In this document: positions 14,548 through 29,784 of the stretch, in pieces | How positions within the stretch are numbered: position 1 is the first letter of the stretch | Layout: each line of letters opens with the position of its first letter | Source: Neocallimastix sp. 'constans' | Lineage: Eukaryota | Assembly (NCBI GenBank): GCA_050613775.1 | Contig: JBODTK010000127.1 | Location: 434,001-485,798, forward strand | Direction of reading: 5' to 3' | Length of the DNA stretch: 51,798 bases | Translations under genes and position numbers: made by a program | The notes under the pieces: generated by a model | Told to the model about the DNA's origin: nothing | What the model saw: the letters and a program-made list of their open reading frames with translations, nothing else | The model's database searches: none

Positions 14548-15177
14548 CAGTGAATTTAATTGTTGAAATATAATGTAATTATAAAAGTTTAACATTAAGC
14601 GTGATGAAAGTATGTGTTTTAAGTGATATTTTAATGTTTATTTATTTATCTATTAAATAAATATAAATATTCTATTATATATATGATAGTTTCAAATATT
14701 ACTTTATTATTATTAATTAAATAATGTATTTTGAATTAAATTTGTTTTTTAATAATAAATGTTTTTTATTATTTTCAATGAGAATCCAAAGTCCATATTT
14801 TTTTTTAAAAAAAAAAAGAAAATTTAAAACAATTAATTATATAAAATATAAAGTAAATTTTTTTTTTTTAAATATACATAAAAATTGAAAAAAATCGAAA
14901 ATTTCAATAGTTATTTTAAATATGATATGCTTCAAAAAGGAATATATATAATTATATATCTTTTATTTATTTTAAATCAACAAAATTAAAATATAAAATG
15001 AATGTATAGACATAAAATAATAATAATAATAATGGTTAATATATTGAAATAATAAAATATATGGAATAATAAAATATAATAAATTATTTTTTGATCAATA
15101 GATTGACATATAAAAAAATTTTTTTTAAGATATTTTTTAATTATATATAAAATAAAATTTAATTTATTAAAATATAC

Positions 15178-15223
<46 letters not shown>

Positions 15224-15267
15224 CAAAAAAATAAAAAATTTATTTTTAAAATATATAAATATATAAA

Positions 15268-16863
<1,596 letters not shown>

Positions 16864-17095
16864 ATTAATTATTATTATTATTTATTTATTTTTTTATTTT
16901 TTTTTTTATTGATTTTATAAAGTACTTTTTCTTCATTTTTTTATTACTATTAAAATTTATATACGTATAATAATAATAATAATAATATTAATAATAAAAT
17001 ACATATAGCTTTAAATCTTATATAATTTTGTTATAGAAATTTAAATAAAATTACTTAGTAATAATATAATAGATATATATATATATATATTTTTA

Positions 17096-17135
<40 letters not shown>

Positions 17136-17666
17136 TAAATGTTAATATAAATAAATAATTTAATAATATATATTACACATGAAATTGTATTATTTTATTA
17201 ATTATTATTCGTTTTTATTAAGATATCTGGTTATGAATATGAAAACTTTATTGATTTTATATATATATATATTATTATAATTATTGTTTGTATTTGTAAA
17301 TTATATTTTTTTAAATAGTTTATTAAATATATATATATTTTTTTATGTTAATATTAAATTTATAGATAAAGCACTTTATTTTTTGTTAAAACAATAATAA
17401 ACATGAAGCTCATTTTTAAATTTTTTATAAATATATAGAGAAAATTTAAGAACGTATTACGTGCTTATTAAATAACTTCACATTAAATAATTATATATTT
17501 AATGGAATATTTTAGATGAAAATAATATTAATTGAAAAAAATTATTAATACTGAGAATTGAAGTTTTGAAGCAGAAGAAGTCTTTAATGTTATATTGAAC
17601 TTTATTATCATAAAAACCAGTTTATAATTATTTTCAGCACAACTATTACAATGTAATGATTTAATT

Positions 17667-18912
17667 AAAAATAAAATAAAATAAAATAAAATAAAATAAA
17701 ATAAAATAAAATAAAATAAAATAAAATAAATAGTGAAGTAATATAAAAGAGTAAAGTATTAATAAAATAAAATAAAATAAAATAAAATAAAATAAATAGT
17801 AGAATATAAATATAAGTACAGATTGAATAAAATAAAATAAAATAAAATAAAATAAAATAAAATAAAATAAAATAAAATAAAATAAAATAAAATAAATAGT
17901 AGAATATAAATATAAGTACAGATTGAATAAAATAAAATAAAATAAAATAAAATAAATAGTAGAATATAAATATAAGTACAGTTTGAATAAAATAAAATAA
18001 AATAAAATAAAATAAAATAAATAGTAGAATATAAATATAAGTACAGATTGAATAAAATAAAATAAAATAAAATAAAATAAAATAAAATAAAATAAAATAA
18101 AATAAAATAAAATAAAATAAAATAAAATAAAATAAAATAAAATAAAATAAAATAAAATAAAATAAAATAAAATAAAATAAAATAAAATAAAATAAAATAA
18201 AATAAAATAAAATAAAATAAAATAAAATAAAATAAATAGTAGAATATAAATATTATTAAAGTACAGATTGAATAAAACAAAATAAAATAAAATAAAATAA
18301 AATAAAATAAAATAAAATAAAATAAAATAAAATAAAATAAAATAAAATAAATAAAATAAAATAAAATAAAATAAAATAAAATAAAATAAAATAAAATAAA
18401 ATAAAATAAAATAAAATAAAATAAAATAAAATAAATAGTATAATATAAATATAAGTACAGATTGAATAAAATAAAATAAAATAAAATAAAATAAAATAAA
18501 ATAAAATAAAATAAAATAAAATAAAATAAAATAAAATAAAATAAAATAAAATAAAATAAAATAAAATAAATAGTAGAATATAAATATAAGTACAGATTGA
18601 ATAAAATAAAATAAAATAAAATAAAATAAAATAAAATAAAATAAAATAAAATAAAATAAAATAAAATAAATAGTAGAATATAAATATAAGTACAGATTGA
18701 ATAAAATAAAATAAAATAAAATAAAATAAAATAAAATAAAATAAAATAAAATAAATAGTAGAATATAAATATAAGTACAGATTGAATAAAATAAAATAAA
18801 ATAAAATAAAATAAAATAAAATAAAATAAAATAAAATAAAATAAAATAAAATAAAATAAAATAAAATAAAATAAAATAAAATAAAATAAAATAAAATAAA
18901 ATAAAATAAAAT
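17667..18912 (+). repeat. Composite repeat: (TAAAA)n microsatellite interrupted by nine copies of a ~30-bp unit TAGTAGAATATAAATATAAGTACAGATTGA and one different unit at 17731
   Basis: Units start at about 17797, 17897, 17957, 18022, 18237, 18436, 18571, 18671 and 18756, and three of them are variants. The spacers are (TAAAA)n of different lengths. Confidence 0.95.
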
Positions 18913-19375
18913 AATAATAATAATAATAATAATTTATTAATAAAAGATTATATATTAGAAATAAATAGTATTAAAATAAATTTATTATATGCTCTCTATG
19001 TGCAAATATATTAAACTTATAAGTATTCAAGGTTTAAAGGATCAAATTGATAATCTTTTAGAAGATCAAAAATAAAAATAATTATTACCAAGATTTCTAT
19101 TCATATTATTTAGTTAAAAATTGATTATTATTTATTTCTTTTAATTAAAGTTTAATAACTAATAATAATTTTTTATTACATTTTTATTTATTAATAATTA
19201 TTTTCAATTTCCTTAATGAATGATTAATAACAATTTCCAAATGAAATATTTTTCTTTAAAAAATTAAATTAGTAAAATGAATTCAAGTTGAAATATATAT
19301 ATATTATATGGAAATAATCTTATTATTTTTATAATTATTATTATTGTTATTGTTATTTTTATTGTTTTTATTATA

Positions 19376-19406
<31 letters not shown>

Positions 19407-20420
19407 TATTTTATTTTAGTTTGATGATTTTACTATTAATGAATTTAATATAATAAATGTAGAAATAAAATTATTAAAATTGAAAATTATATTATTACTG
19501 TAATTTATAATTTTTTACTAACAAAAATAAAAATAATTTATATTTTTTAATATAGTTAATTAATTATATCATATTAGTATAATAAATTATACTAATATGT
19601 TTAAATTTATTTATGGCCAATCATTAGCTAGAAAGGCAATTATATAATTAATATAGTAATATTATTAATTAATAAAATTTAAATTCAAAAAGAAAAAACT
19701 TTCAGAAAAAATATAATTATCCATCATATATATGTATATATGAATATATACATATTTAAGAATTTTTTGATACCATATATTAATATTTAAAGTAATTACC
19801 TGAATGATACGATTTATTAATTTCTAGAATATATATTATTTTATTGTTTCAGTCATTATGTTTCAACATGTTTCAAGAAATTATATATATTTAAAAATAA
19901 TCAATTTTTGATATCTCTTATGATTTATTTAAATTTTTGGAATTATAAACAATTTATAAACATTATTAGTAGAACAATTAAAACGATAGAAATAACGATT
20001 TATTGATAAGAAGACTTATAAAAATGTATAAAAAATTTAAGAAAAATTAAATTTTAACATTACATTAATCAAATGGATAATTGATCTAATCTATCAAAAA
20101 TAATTCAATAAATAACTAAAAATAATATTAATTATATTTGATATTTGATTTTAAAAAAAAAATTATTCTTTTATAAATTATATGTATATATATATAATAA
20201 TAAATCAAATAAAAATAAGTTATAATATATTAATTTTATAAAAGTGTATATATATTAATATTTTAAATTGTATTAATATTTAACATTCTATTAAATTCTA
20301 TTTTACCCATTTGCACAATTTAATTTTAATAATATTAATTTATATATAAATATTTTATTTAAATAATATTATAGTTTTTTATTTTTATTTTTATTTTTTT
20401 TTGCATAATAAATAATCAAA

Positions 20421-21298
20421 ATGGATTTTATGATAGGAAAGAATAAGAAAACTTCAAATAGCAAAGATGATAATAAAATTGAATTATGGGTTGAAAAATA
20501 GTAAATATATAAATATATATTTTTTATATTAAAATTATAAATAATTTAAAGTAATGAACAAAAAATATTTCATAGTAATTGATTAAAAAAATAATATTTT
20601 ATTATAAAAAATAAACAAATAAACGACAAATAAATAAAAATATATATGAAAAGTCGTCCAAAAAATATGAATGAAGTTAGTTCTCAAGATGAAGTTGTTA
20701 AAGTTTTAAGGAAAACCATGGAAACTAAGAATGTTCGTTTAAATTAATTTTTAAGTATATAATTATTATTTTAAAGTGAATTAAAATTTAATAAGAATTA
20801 AAATTAATAAAAAAGTGTGCATATAATATACTTCATTCTTTCGTATAATTATTCAAAAAGTTACCACATTTACTTTTCTATGGACCACCAGGAACAGGAA
20901 AAACTTCAACTATTTTGGCTTTAGCGAGAGAATTATATGGGTATTGTTTTTAATAATATCATATTTATAACAAAAAATAATTATTATATCTTAATAATGA
21001 ATCCATAAAGTTATAATTAGAACATTTTTATATTTTAATTTTAAATTTAGTAAAACATAATAACTGAAAATATTTACATTTATACATAAATTAATATAAT
21101 CAATATTTTTGATTTTTGATATTAATTAATGAAGACCAGAATTAATGAAATCAAGAGTTTTAGAATTAAATGCATCTGATGATAGAGGTATTGATGTTAT
21201 TAGAGAAAAAGTTAAAAACTTCTCAAGACTTGCCGTATCACAAAACACGAAGTAATTATTGATTCTTTTCATATTAATAAATCATTGTTTTTATTTTA

Positions 21299-21335
<37 letters not shown>

Positions 21336-22048
21336 TTGAAATAATATATTATGAATATAATATATTCTAAATAATATATAAAAAATATATATTAATTTAT
21401 TTAAAATTTTCACTTTCTTATTTTATTTTCAAAATAGTGGAAATGCATCTTGTCCACCATATAAAATAGTAATTTTAGATGAAGCTGATTCAATGACAAA
21501 CGATGCACAAACAGCATTAAGAAGAACTATGGAAATTAGTTCAAAAGTAACAAGATTTTGTCTTATTTGTAACTATGTCAGTAGGTAAAATATAAATATA
21601 ATATATATTGAATGAAGCAAAATGTATTTTAATTTTTTTTTTTAAAAAAAAAAATATAATATATATATTCTTTGTTATAATTTGTATAATAACTCTATTA
21701 AATGATATTAATTTCTTCATATATTAAAATTTATATTAATCTTTTTTTTTTTTTTTTTTTTTTTTTGTTGTTGTTGTTATGGCTTTGAAATAAAATATCA
21801 TAAAATAATAACGATAATAATAATAATAATAATAATAATAGAATTATCGATCCATTAACTTCAAGATGTGCAAAATTCCGTTTTAGATCACTAGACAAAG
21901 ATAGTATGAAATCACGTCTTGAGGAAATATGTAAATGTGAAAGCATTCCATATACTAATGAAGTAAGAATATAATATTATAAATAAATATATTTTATATT
22001 CAATTTAATAATATTCATTATAATCATAATATAATTTTTCTTTTTTTC

Positions 22049-22093
<45 letters not shown>

Positions 22094-22355
22094 ATTATAT
22101 TCATATATTAATATATATATATATTTGATTTTTATCAGGCATTAGATGAATTAATTAATGTGTCTGAAGGTGATATGAGAAAATCAATTACCTATCTTCA
22201 AAGCGCTTCACAATTAAGTAGAATTGAAGGATCATTAACTTCAAATATGATATTTGAACTTGCTGGAGTAAGCTAAAAATATGAATAATAATTATGAATA
22301 TGCATATTTAATATTTAAACATTTATATTTATTTTTATTTATATGTAATAATAAA

Positions 22356-22398
<43 letters not shown>

Positions 22399-22878
22399 TT
22401 CAAAGGTTATTCCAAATGAACTAGTTGATCAAGTAATAAAAACATGGGTTAAAGGTACTTCTAATCAAAAAATAGAAATGGCAAATAATATTATCCTATC
22501 AGGGTATTCCGTATCAAAATTATTACTTCAAGTAAATATATAAAATATTTTTATAATAATAGAAAAATTAATGTTTAAATTTATTAATAATCCATATTAA
22601 ATTATTTATTCTTTTCAATATAATTTATTATTATTATTTAATTTTTTTTATTTTTTTTTATTATTATTTTTTTTTATTATTATTATTATTTTTTTTTTTA
22701 TTTTTTATTTTTTATTTTTATTTAGATAAATAAAAGACTAGTTGAATCTATTGAATATTCATCAAAGCTTAAATGTTATATGGTGAAATATTTGGGTAGA
22801 GCAGATAAAGCTTTAGTTGAAGGGGCTGATGAAAAATTACAATTACTTGGATTATTATTTTCAGAACTTTATTCATAA
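20421..22878 (+). CDS. RFC2: Replication factor C small subunit (yeast Rfc2 / human RFC4), nine exons
   Basis: Motifs [115 protein letters not shown] and [10 protein letters not shown]. Eight in-phase GT-AG introns; TAA at 22876-22878. Confidence 0.95.
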
Positions 22879-22996
22879 AATAAATTATTATTATTATATT
22901 ATTAAATATGACAATGATTATAAATTAAAATAATTCAAAATAAAATACAAACAAAAATAAAAATAAAATAAAATAAAATAAAATAATAATATTGAT

Positions 22997-23259
22997 TGTT
23001 AAGAATGTAACTGAAATCTCACAATTTCAATTATGATTATTTATAGTTAATATGGCTTTTATTTATTTATATTTAATTAATTTAATTATATGAATATTAC
23101 ATAATAAAGAATATTACAGTTTAACAAAATATAATAAATAAGATTTATAATAACTATTTAATAACTATCTAATAACTAATGTATTCATAATGTGGCTATT
23201 TGTGGCGTATTAATATTACAATGTATAATGTATAATTATAATGTAGCTAATACTTAACA
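22997..23259 (-). repeat. 3' LTR of the copia element
   Basis: 263 bp with TG...CA ends and 7-bp terminal inverted repeats. I found no mismatch with 28182-28444 by eye. Confidence 0.97.
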
Positions 23260-23270
23260 TTCCCCCTACA
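23260..23270 (-). other. Polypurine tract of the copia element
   Basis: The minus strand reads TGTAGGGGGAA immediately before the 3' LTR. Confidence 0.85.
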
Positions 23271-23309
23271 TTATTCATTTGGTAATAATATAAAAAATAA
23301 AGTTTTAAT

Positions 23310-23350
<41 letters not shown>

Positions 23351-23365
23351 GTAAATTTTTAATAA

Positions 23366-23398
<33 letters not shown>

Positions 23399-23404
<6 letters not shown>

Positions 23405-26400
23405 GAAAATAAAATCAGTAAAACATTTCATTTTTGGTCCAGATATTACTTTAGTTAAAGGATCAGCTAACATAGTATCGGAAGATATATGTTCTAAATT
23501 TATTTCTTTTCTGTTTATTTTTTCTTGAATGTATTTATAATCAATGTCCATGTGTTTACATCTACCTTTTTTATTTTCATTTTCAGCGATATTTTTACAA
23601 GATTTATTATCAACTTTAATTTTTAAATTAATTTCTTTATTGAATATTTCTTTTAGTAATTTCTTTAATTTCATTCCTTGTTTTGCACATTCAGTTAATG
23701 CAACATATTCTGCTTCAGTGGTTGATAATGTGATGCTCTTCTGAGTTTCAGATTTCCATGAAATTGGACTTTTTCCAAATAAGAAAATGTATCCACTGGT
23801 AGATTTTCTTGTTTCTTCATCGCCAGCGAAATCAGCGTCTGAGTAGGCAATTAAATTTTTACTTCCATAGTAATAAATAGATTTTTCTTTAGTAGATTTT
23901 AAATATCTTAAGATCATCAATGCTGATTTTAGATCAACTTCTGTTGGGTTTTCGGCGTGTCTTGCAGCTTGATTAACTGCAAATGAGATGTCTGGTCTTG
24001 TTTTTGTTGAAACAAATAATAAAGCACCAATAATAGATTTATAATCTGTTACGTTTACTGGTGTTGAATTTTCTCTTTCTTCTAAAGTAATTTTTCTACA
24101 TGGGTTGTTAATTGGTTTTGTCTTATTCATTTTGTAATTCTTAATTAATTTTTCAATGTAGTCTTGTTGATTAATTTTATATCCTTCTTCAGTTTTAAAA
24201 ATATTTATTCCTATAATTTTGTTAGCTTCCGTGTCTTTTGAAATTTTATATTTTTCTTTTAATTTATTGCTTATATATTTAATTTCTTTATCTTCTCCAG
24301 TAAGTAAGATATCATCAACATAAAGACATAATATAGCACATAAATTTCCATTGTGATATTTTGTAAATAAACATTGATCAATACTCAATTGTTTTAAGCC
24401 AATATTTTTTAAATAACTTGATATTTCTTTATACCATTGTCTTCCGGCTTGTTTCAAACCATATAGAGCCTTATTTAATATCCAATATTTTCCAGAATTA
24501 TAATTTTTGTCTCCTTCTGGTATGTCCACGTATATTTCTTCTTCTAATTTGGCATTTAAATAAGCTGCCTTTATATCCATTTGTCTTAAGTTCCATTTGT
24601 ATTGTGATGCGATGGCAATTGCAATTCTTAAACTATCTGCTTCAATTGTTGGTGAATATGTTGATGTATAGTTAACACCTTTTCTCTGTTTGAATCCACG
24701 AGCAACTAATCTTGCTCTTTTAACACCATTATCTTTAGTAGTAAATACCCATCTAGTATCAATTAAAGTAGTATCTTTAGGAATATTATTAACTATTCTC
24801 ATTACTTTTTGTTCATACATATTATTGATTTCTTTTTTAATTGCATCTTTCCATTTATTTGAATCGTTAGAATTTATTGCTTCATCATAACTCTTGGGAT
24901 TAACTGTTTTAATTAGTAATACTTTGTTTTTCTTTATTGTTAATTGTTCATTATCATTTGTATTTTCTTTTTCATTTAAATCAATGAATTTTCTTTTGTT
25001 ATTATTTTTATGAGTATCGGTATTTTCCATTACATTATTTTCTAAATTATTTTTGTTATTATCTTGAATATTTATAGCCATATCATTACTATTAGAATTA
25101 TTTAAATTGTTGTTTGAACTTTTATCAATTAATATATCAGAGTTTTGATTTGTGTTTAAGTTTTCATGTATTTTATTCAAATTCATATTATTATTAATAT
25201 TATTATTAATGTTATTGTTGTTATTGTTTAATATAATTTTATTATTGCCATTAATAATTTCTCGGTTGTTATTATTTGAATTATTTGAATTATTTAATTG
25301 ATCATAACTGCCTTTTTCCCCCTCAATTGAATAATTCGAAGGAAAAATAGAATTAATATATTCTTCTGATAGAAAGGTAGTATTAATAGTTCCAGGAATA
25401 TTTTCCAAGAAATAAACGTCTCTAGCTGAAACAATACAGTTAGAAGATAAATCTAAAATACGGTAACCAGTAGAGTCCGAAGCATAACCAAGGAAAATTC
25501 CAGGTTTAGAATTATTTTCAAATTTATTCTTTTTATGATTATTGTAGAAATATACTCTGCAACCAAAAACACGTAAGTGTGAAATATCAATAGGTTTGTT
25601 GAAGAAAACTTCATCTGGGATTTTTGAATTATTACCTTGATGAGGATTAAGGTTATATAAACGACATGCGCATAGAATAGCAGAATCCCAAAAATTAAGA
25701 GGTAATTTGGCAGAATTAAGTAGTGTGGTTGCACAATTATTAAGAGTTTGATTAATTCGTTCCGAACGACCATTTTGTTGTGGGTAGCCAGGAGTTGAAT
25801 GAATTAATTTTATACCATTTTCGGAAAGATACTTGTTGAAATTTTCATTTGTGTATTCGGTTCCATTGTCGGTTTTTAAAGTTTTAATTGTAAATTCAGT
25901 AGTATTATTCATTAATTTGTGAAATTTAATAAATGCGTTATAAACATCAGATTTATTTTTTAAAAGGTAAATCCAGCATTTTCTACTATAGTCATCCATA
26001 AAAGTTACGTAGTAATTGAAATCGTTATAGGATGTTTTTAATTTACCAACTACATCGGAGTGTACAAGTTGTAATGGTTGTGTGGTACTGTTTTCAATTG
26101 CATAAAATGGTTTTCTTCTCATTTTGCTGATTTTACATTGAGTGCAGTCCTTTTTGTTGTGAATACACGTGTGGTTTAAAACAAATTTTTCAATATCTTT
26201 ATTATTGTTGAAGTGACCTAATCGTGCATGCCAAAGATCATAATCGAAATTGCTAATATCAATATTTAAAGATTTATACATTTTAAAGGGAGTAGTGTAT
26301 AATGAGAAGAGATTTTCTTTGTCGGCATAAATTTTCGCAACCGGTTTATTGTTTTTGAATAATTGAAGTCTATCCTTATTTAAATATTCATCGAAATCGA

Positions 26401-27976
26401 TAATAATGGTAAAATTATTTCTGACAAAATAATGTGTTGAAATTAAGTTATTTTTGATGTTTGGTGCATAGTGGACTTTTGAGAGTTTGAAATCGAAATT
26501 TTTAATAGCACCATTATATGTTCCTACTTTTACGATTATGTCAGATTTTCCGTCAGGATAGGTGATAAATTTGTTGTTGACAGTTTTGGTGTCATCTAGG
26601 TCCTTTTCTTCTTTTGTTAAATTTAATGATGTACCGCTGTCAATAATCCATCTTGTTGGTTCTTTCTTTTGATTAATTATGGGTTTATCGTTGGAAACAG
26701 CGTTAACATTAATATTTCCTGAAAATCCAGTGAAAATTTCGTCTTCGCTAGGTTCATCAGAATCTTCTAAATCTGTAGTATTTTTAATTCCTTCTATATT
26801 ATTGGAACGATAATTTTTGTTTTTTGAATTGTTTCTTGTTGTGTTGCTTCTTTCTTGGTGTCTGATGTTTTCATTTGAAGGATTTTTATTATTTCTTCTA
26901 TCTTTTCTTCTAGGATTTAAAAAACATTCATCGGTAGTGTGTCCGTGTTTATGGCAAATGTGACAATATTTTTCTTTTTCTTTATCTTTATCAGAGTCAT
27001 TTTTAAATTTATATGGTAATTTACCATTTCTAACTCTATTAACCGAAAGCTCTTGTGTAGTTTCGTTGCTATAGTCAATTTTCTTTATGTCTTTGTACTT
27101 TTTAATAAAAACACTAGTCAAGGCTATCCGTTCTTTTAATTCTTCAAAGGTTTTAAATTCGACTAAAAGTACTGGAGGAACTCCAAATTTAACAATTTCT
27201 TTAGCTGAAAGTAAAATTTTAGTTTCTTCGTCTAATTTTGTTTTTTCACATCTTTTTGATTCCTTATCGTGAAGTTGAAACAAGTAATTTAATTTGTCCA
27301 TATAGAGTTTTATATCATTATTTTCGACCTCTAGTTTCTTGATTTGGTATTCAATTTGATATAATTTTGAAGGTCCAACCTGCAAGAAGTAACTTTCTAA
27401 TCTTATAATCATTTCATAGGCGGTTTCACATCCTTCAATGAGTTCGGCGGTAGTTGAATCTAAGCTGCTTTCGATGATGGTTTGGGTTGCACAGTCTTCC
27501 TTGATTTCATCATCATCCATTTCTGTAATATCTATGTTATTTTTGATGCAGTCAATAAGATCTAATGCCGTTAAGTGACGTTTGAGAGCTCTATACCATC
27601 TTGGAAAGTTTTCTGTAGTTAATTTAAAATTTTGATAATTAAAAACCGATTTATTTGTCATATCTGACTTCTTTCTTCTCATGAGTTTTTCGTTGGCTCT
27701 GTTTAGTCTTTTAATAAAATTCTTTGTGTTTCTATCTAAGATTGAGGATTGTTTTTTGACATTTTCTTCTAAGTCATTTAAATTTTCTTCAATATGTTTT
27801 ATTTTCGACTTTGGAATATTATTTTGTTTGTTTACATTTTCTTCAAAGTCTTTCAAAAAATTAAAATCATCATTTTCGTAATCTTGAATTTCTTGTTCTT
27901 CACTTTCATAATTATTGTTTTGTGAAGTTGATGATTCTTCAAATTTTCCTGAATTTTTAGATTTGTTATTTTCCAT
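23399..27976 (-). CDS. Copia Gag-Pol polyprotein (Gag, zinc knuckle, protease, integrase, RT, RNase H), 1525 aa
   Basis: CHICHKHGHTTDEC knuckle; WIIDSGTS protease; LWHARLGH...CTQC; integrase HSDV, TDNGTEY and PQQNGRSER; RARLVARGF, QMDIKAAYLN and LYVDD in RT; YSDADFAG...KSTSGY in RNase H. Integrase precedes RT, as in copia. Confidence 0.98.
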
Positions 27977-28151
27977 TTTGGAATTTAGAATTTTAAATTT
28001 TAATTAATTTTAAAAAAATAAATTTAAATTTTGAAATTTTAATTTTGAAATCTAATTTCAATAATTTTTGAATTTGTAGATTTTAAATTATTTATTTAAT
28101 ATTTTAATTATAACAAGCTTGTTTAATTTAATTTTTGTATTTTATAGCTAA

Positions 28152-28181
28152 TAGCTCATTAGGTAAGTGAGACTCTTAATC
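28152..28181 (-). other. Primer-binding site complementary to the 5' half of tRNA-Lys(CUU)
   Basis: The plus strand reads TAGCTCAttAGGTAagTGAGACTCTTAATC abutting the 5' LTR. TGAGACTCTTAATC is the anticodon arm of eukaryotic tRNA-Lys(CUU) as I recall it, and TAGCTCA..GGTA resembles its D-arm. No canonical TGG start. Confidence 0.8.
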
Positions 28182-28444
28182 TGTTAAGAATGTAACTGAA
28201 ATCTCACAATTTCAATTATGATTATTTATAGTTAATATGGCTTTTATTTATTTATATTTAATTAATTTAATTATATGAATATTACATAATAAAGAATATT
28301 ACAGTTTAACAAAATATAATAAATAAGATTTATAATAACTATTTAATAACTATCTAATAACTAATGTATTCATAATGTGGCTATTTGTGGCGTATTAATA
28401 TTACAATGTATAATGTATAATTATAATGTAGCTAATACTTAACA
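28182..28444 (-). repeat. 5' LTR of the copia element
   Basis: Direct repeat of 22997-23259, upstream of the gag ATG at 27976 on the minus strand. Confidence 0.97.
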
Positions 28445-28756
28445 TTGATAATAATAATAAAATCCTATAATTAATATTAATTTAATAGCATTAAATCTAT
28501 TTAAATCTTAATAAAATATCAAACATGTTTAATTAATTAATATTAATTAATAAGTTATTTATTATTATTTTTATAATATATATATATATTAATTAAAAAT
28601 AGTATTATTAGAAAAAATGATAAATAAAAGTAAAATTTTATAATTATATATATTTCATTTTATTAAAAAAATAGTATTATATTATTTTTAAAGAATATAT
28701 ATTAATTTTTTTATTAAAAAAAAAAAAAAAGATAATATTATTATGATATTATTATA

Positions 28757-28802
<46 letters not shown>

Positions 28803-28871
28803 GTTTTAAAACTATACAAAATCGAAAAGAGTAAAGGAACCTTAACAACATCAACAGCATCAAAAAAAAAA

Positions 28872-28904
<33 letters not shown>

Positions 28905-29273
28905 TTTTATAATAATAATAATTTTTATAATAATAATTTTAATAATGATTTTAATAATAATTTGTTTAATTATATAATTAATATTATTTTATTTATTGAA
29001 GCAATATTTATTAAAATACCAGTGATATTGATATTCCATCGATAAAAATATTTTTCTATGTATTGGTTTAAAAATAAACATATTAACATTAAAATTAAAA
29101 ATTAAAATTAAAAGAATTATAGGTTAGAATTTTTAGAAAAATAAAATAATTAAGGTTAACCAATAATTTATATGATATTTTAAATCAAAAAGGAATTTTT
29201 TTTTAAAAAAGATATATAAAAATATACTTTTTAAGAATTATTTAAATAGTTAATAACCATTATTGAAAAAAAA

Positions 29274-29313
<40 letters not shown>

Positions 29314-29784
29314 TAAAAAGTGATATGAACAAACAAGGATAAGTTCTTTACAAAAAATCAAACCAAAAAAAAAAAAAAATCTTGATGAGTTACTATTACT
29401 ATAATATTCTATGAATTAAACTTGAATAGTTTGGGATTAAAAATTATATAATTATAATATATAATATGAAAATAATGTTTAATTTTTTAATTTAAATTTT
29501 TTTTTTTTTTTTTTTTATTTTTATTTTTATTTTTATTTTTTTATTTTATTTTAATAAAAGGTTTTATCAATCAAACTTTTAAATAAAAATTAACTTTATA
29601 AACTAAAAATTAAAAGAATGATTAAAATATATCATTTAGCTTTCAATTATTAGATTCCAAATCTTTAGTCATTTAAATAAATAAATAAATAAATAAAATT
29701 TGTTTATCCAACTTAACATTGAATAAATTTAAGAGACTTTATATACTTAATATTTAAATAATATATAATATATATTTAAATATT

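Larger units (their letters stand above)
22997..28444 (-). mobile_element. Intact full-length Ty1/copia LTR retrotransposon with 5-bp target-site duplication TTGAT
   Basis: Two 263-bp direct repeats are bounded by TGTTAAG...CTTAACA. TTGAT lies at 22992-22996 and 28445-28449. The element has an internal 1525-aa ORF, a PPT and a PBS. Confidence 0.98.

Noticed and set aside
17759..18280. 173-aa minus-strand ORF (FILFY repeats)
   Set aside because: It is the translation of the (TAAAA)n microsatellite, with no sign of real coding.
17797..18790. CRISPR array interpretation of the 30-bp units
   Set aside because: The spacers are non-unique microsatellite of very variable length, there are no cas genes, and the context is eukaryotic.
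23544..27881. Short plus-strand and alternative-frame ORFs inside the copia element
   Set aside because: They are shadows of the gag-pol ORF with no recognisable motifs.
28152..28200. A tRNA-Lys gene next to the LTR
   Set aside because: Only 5'-half-like sequence is present and it stops at the LTR edge, with no T-arm or acceptor stem. It is better explained as a PBS.
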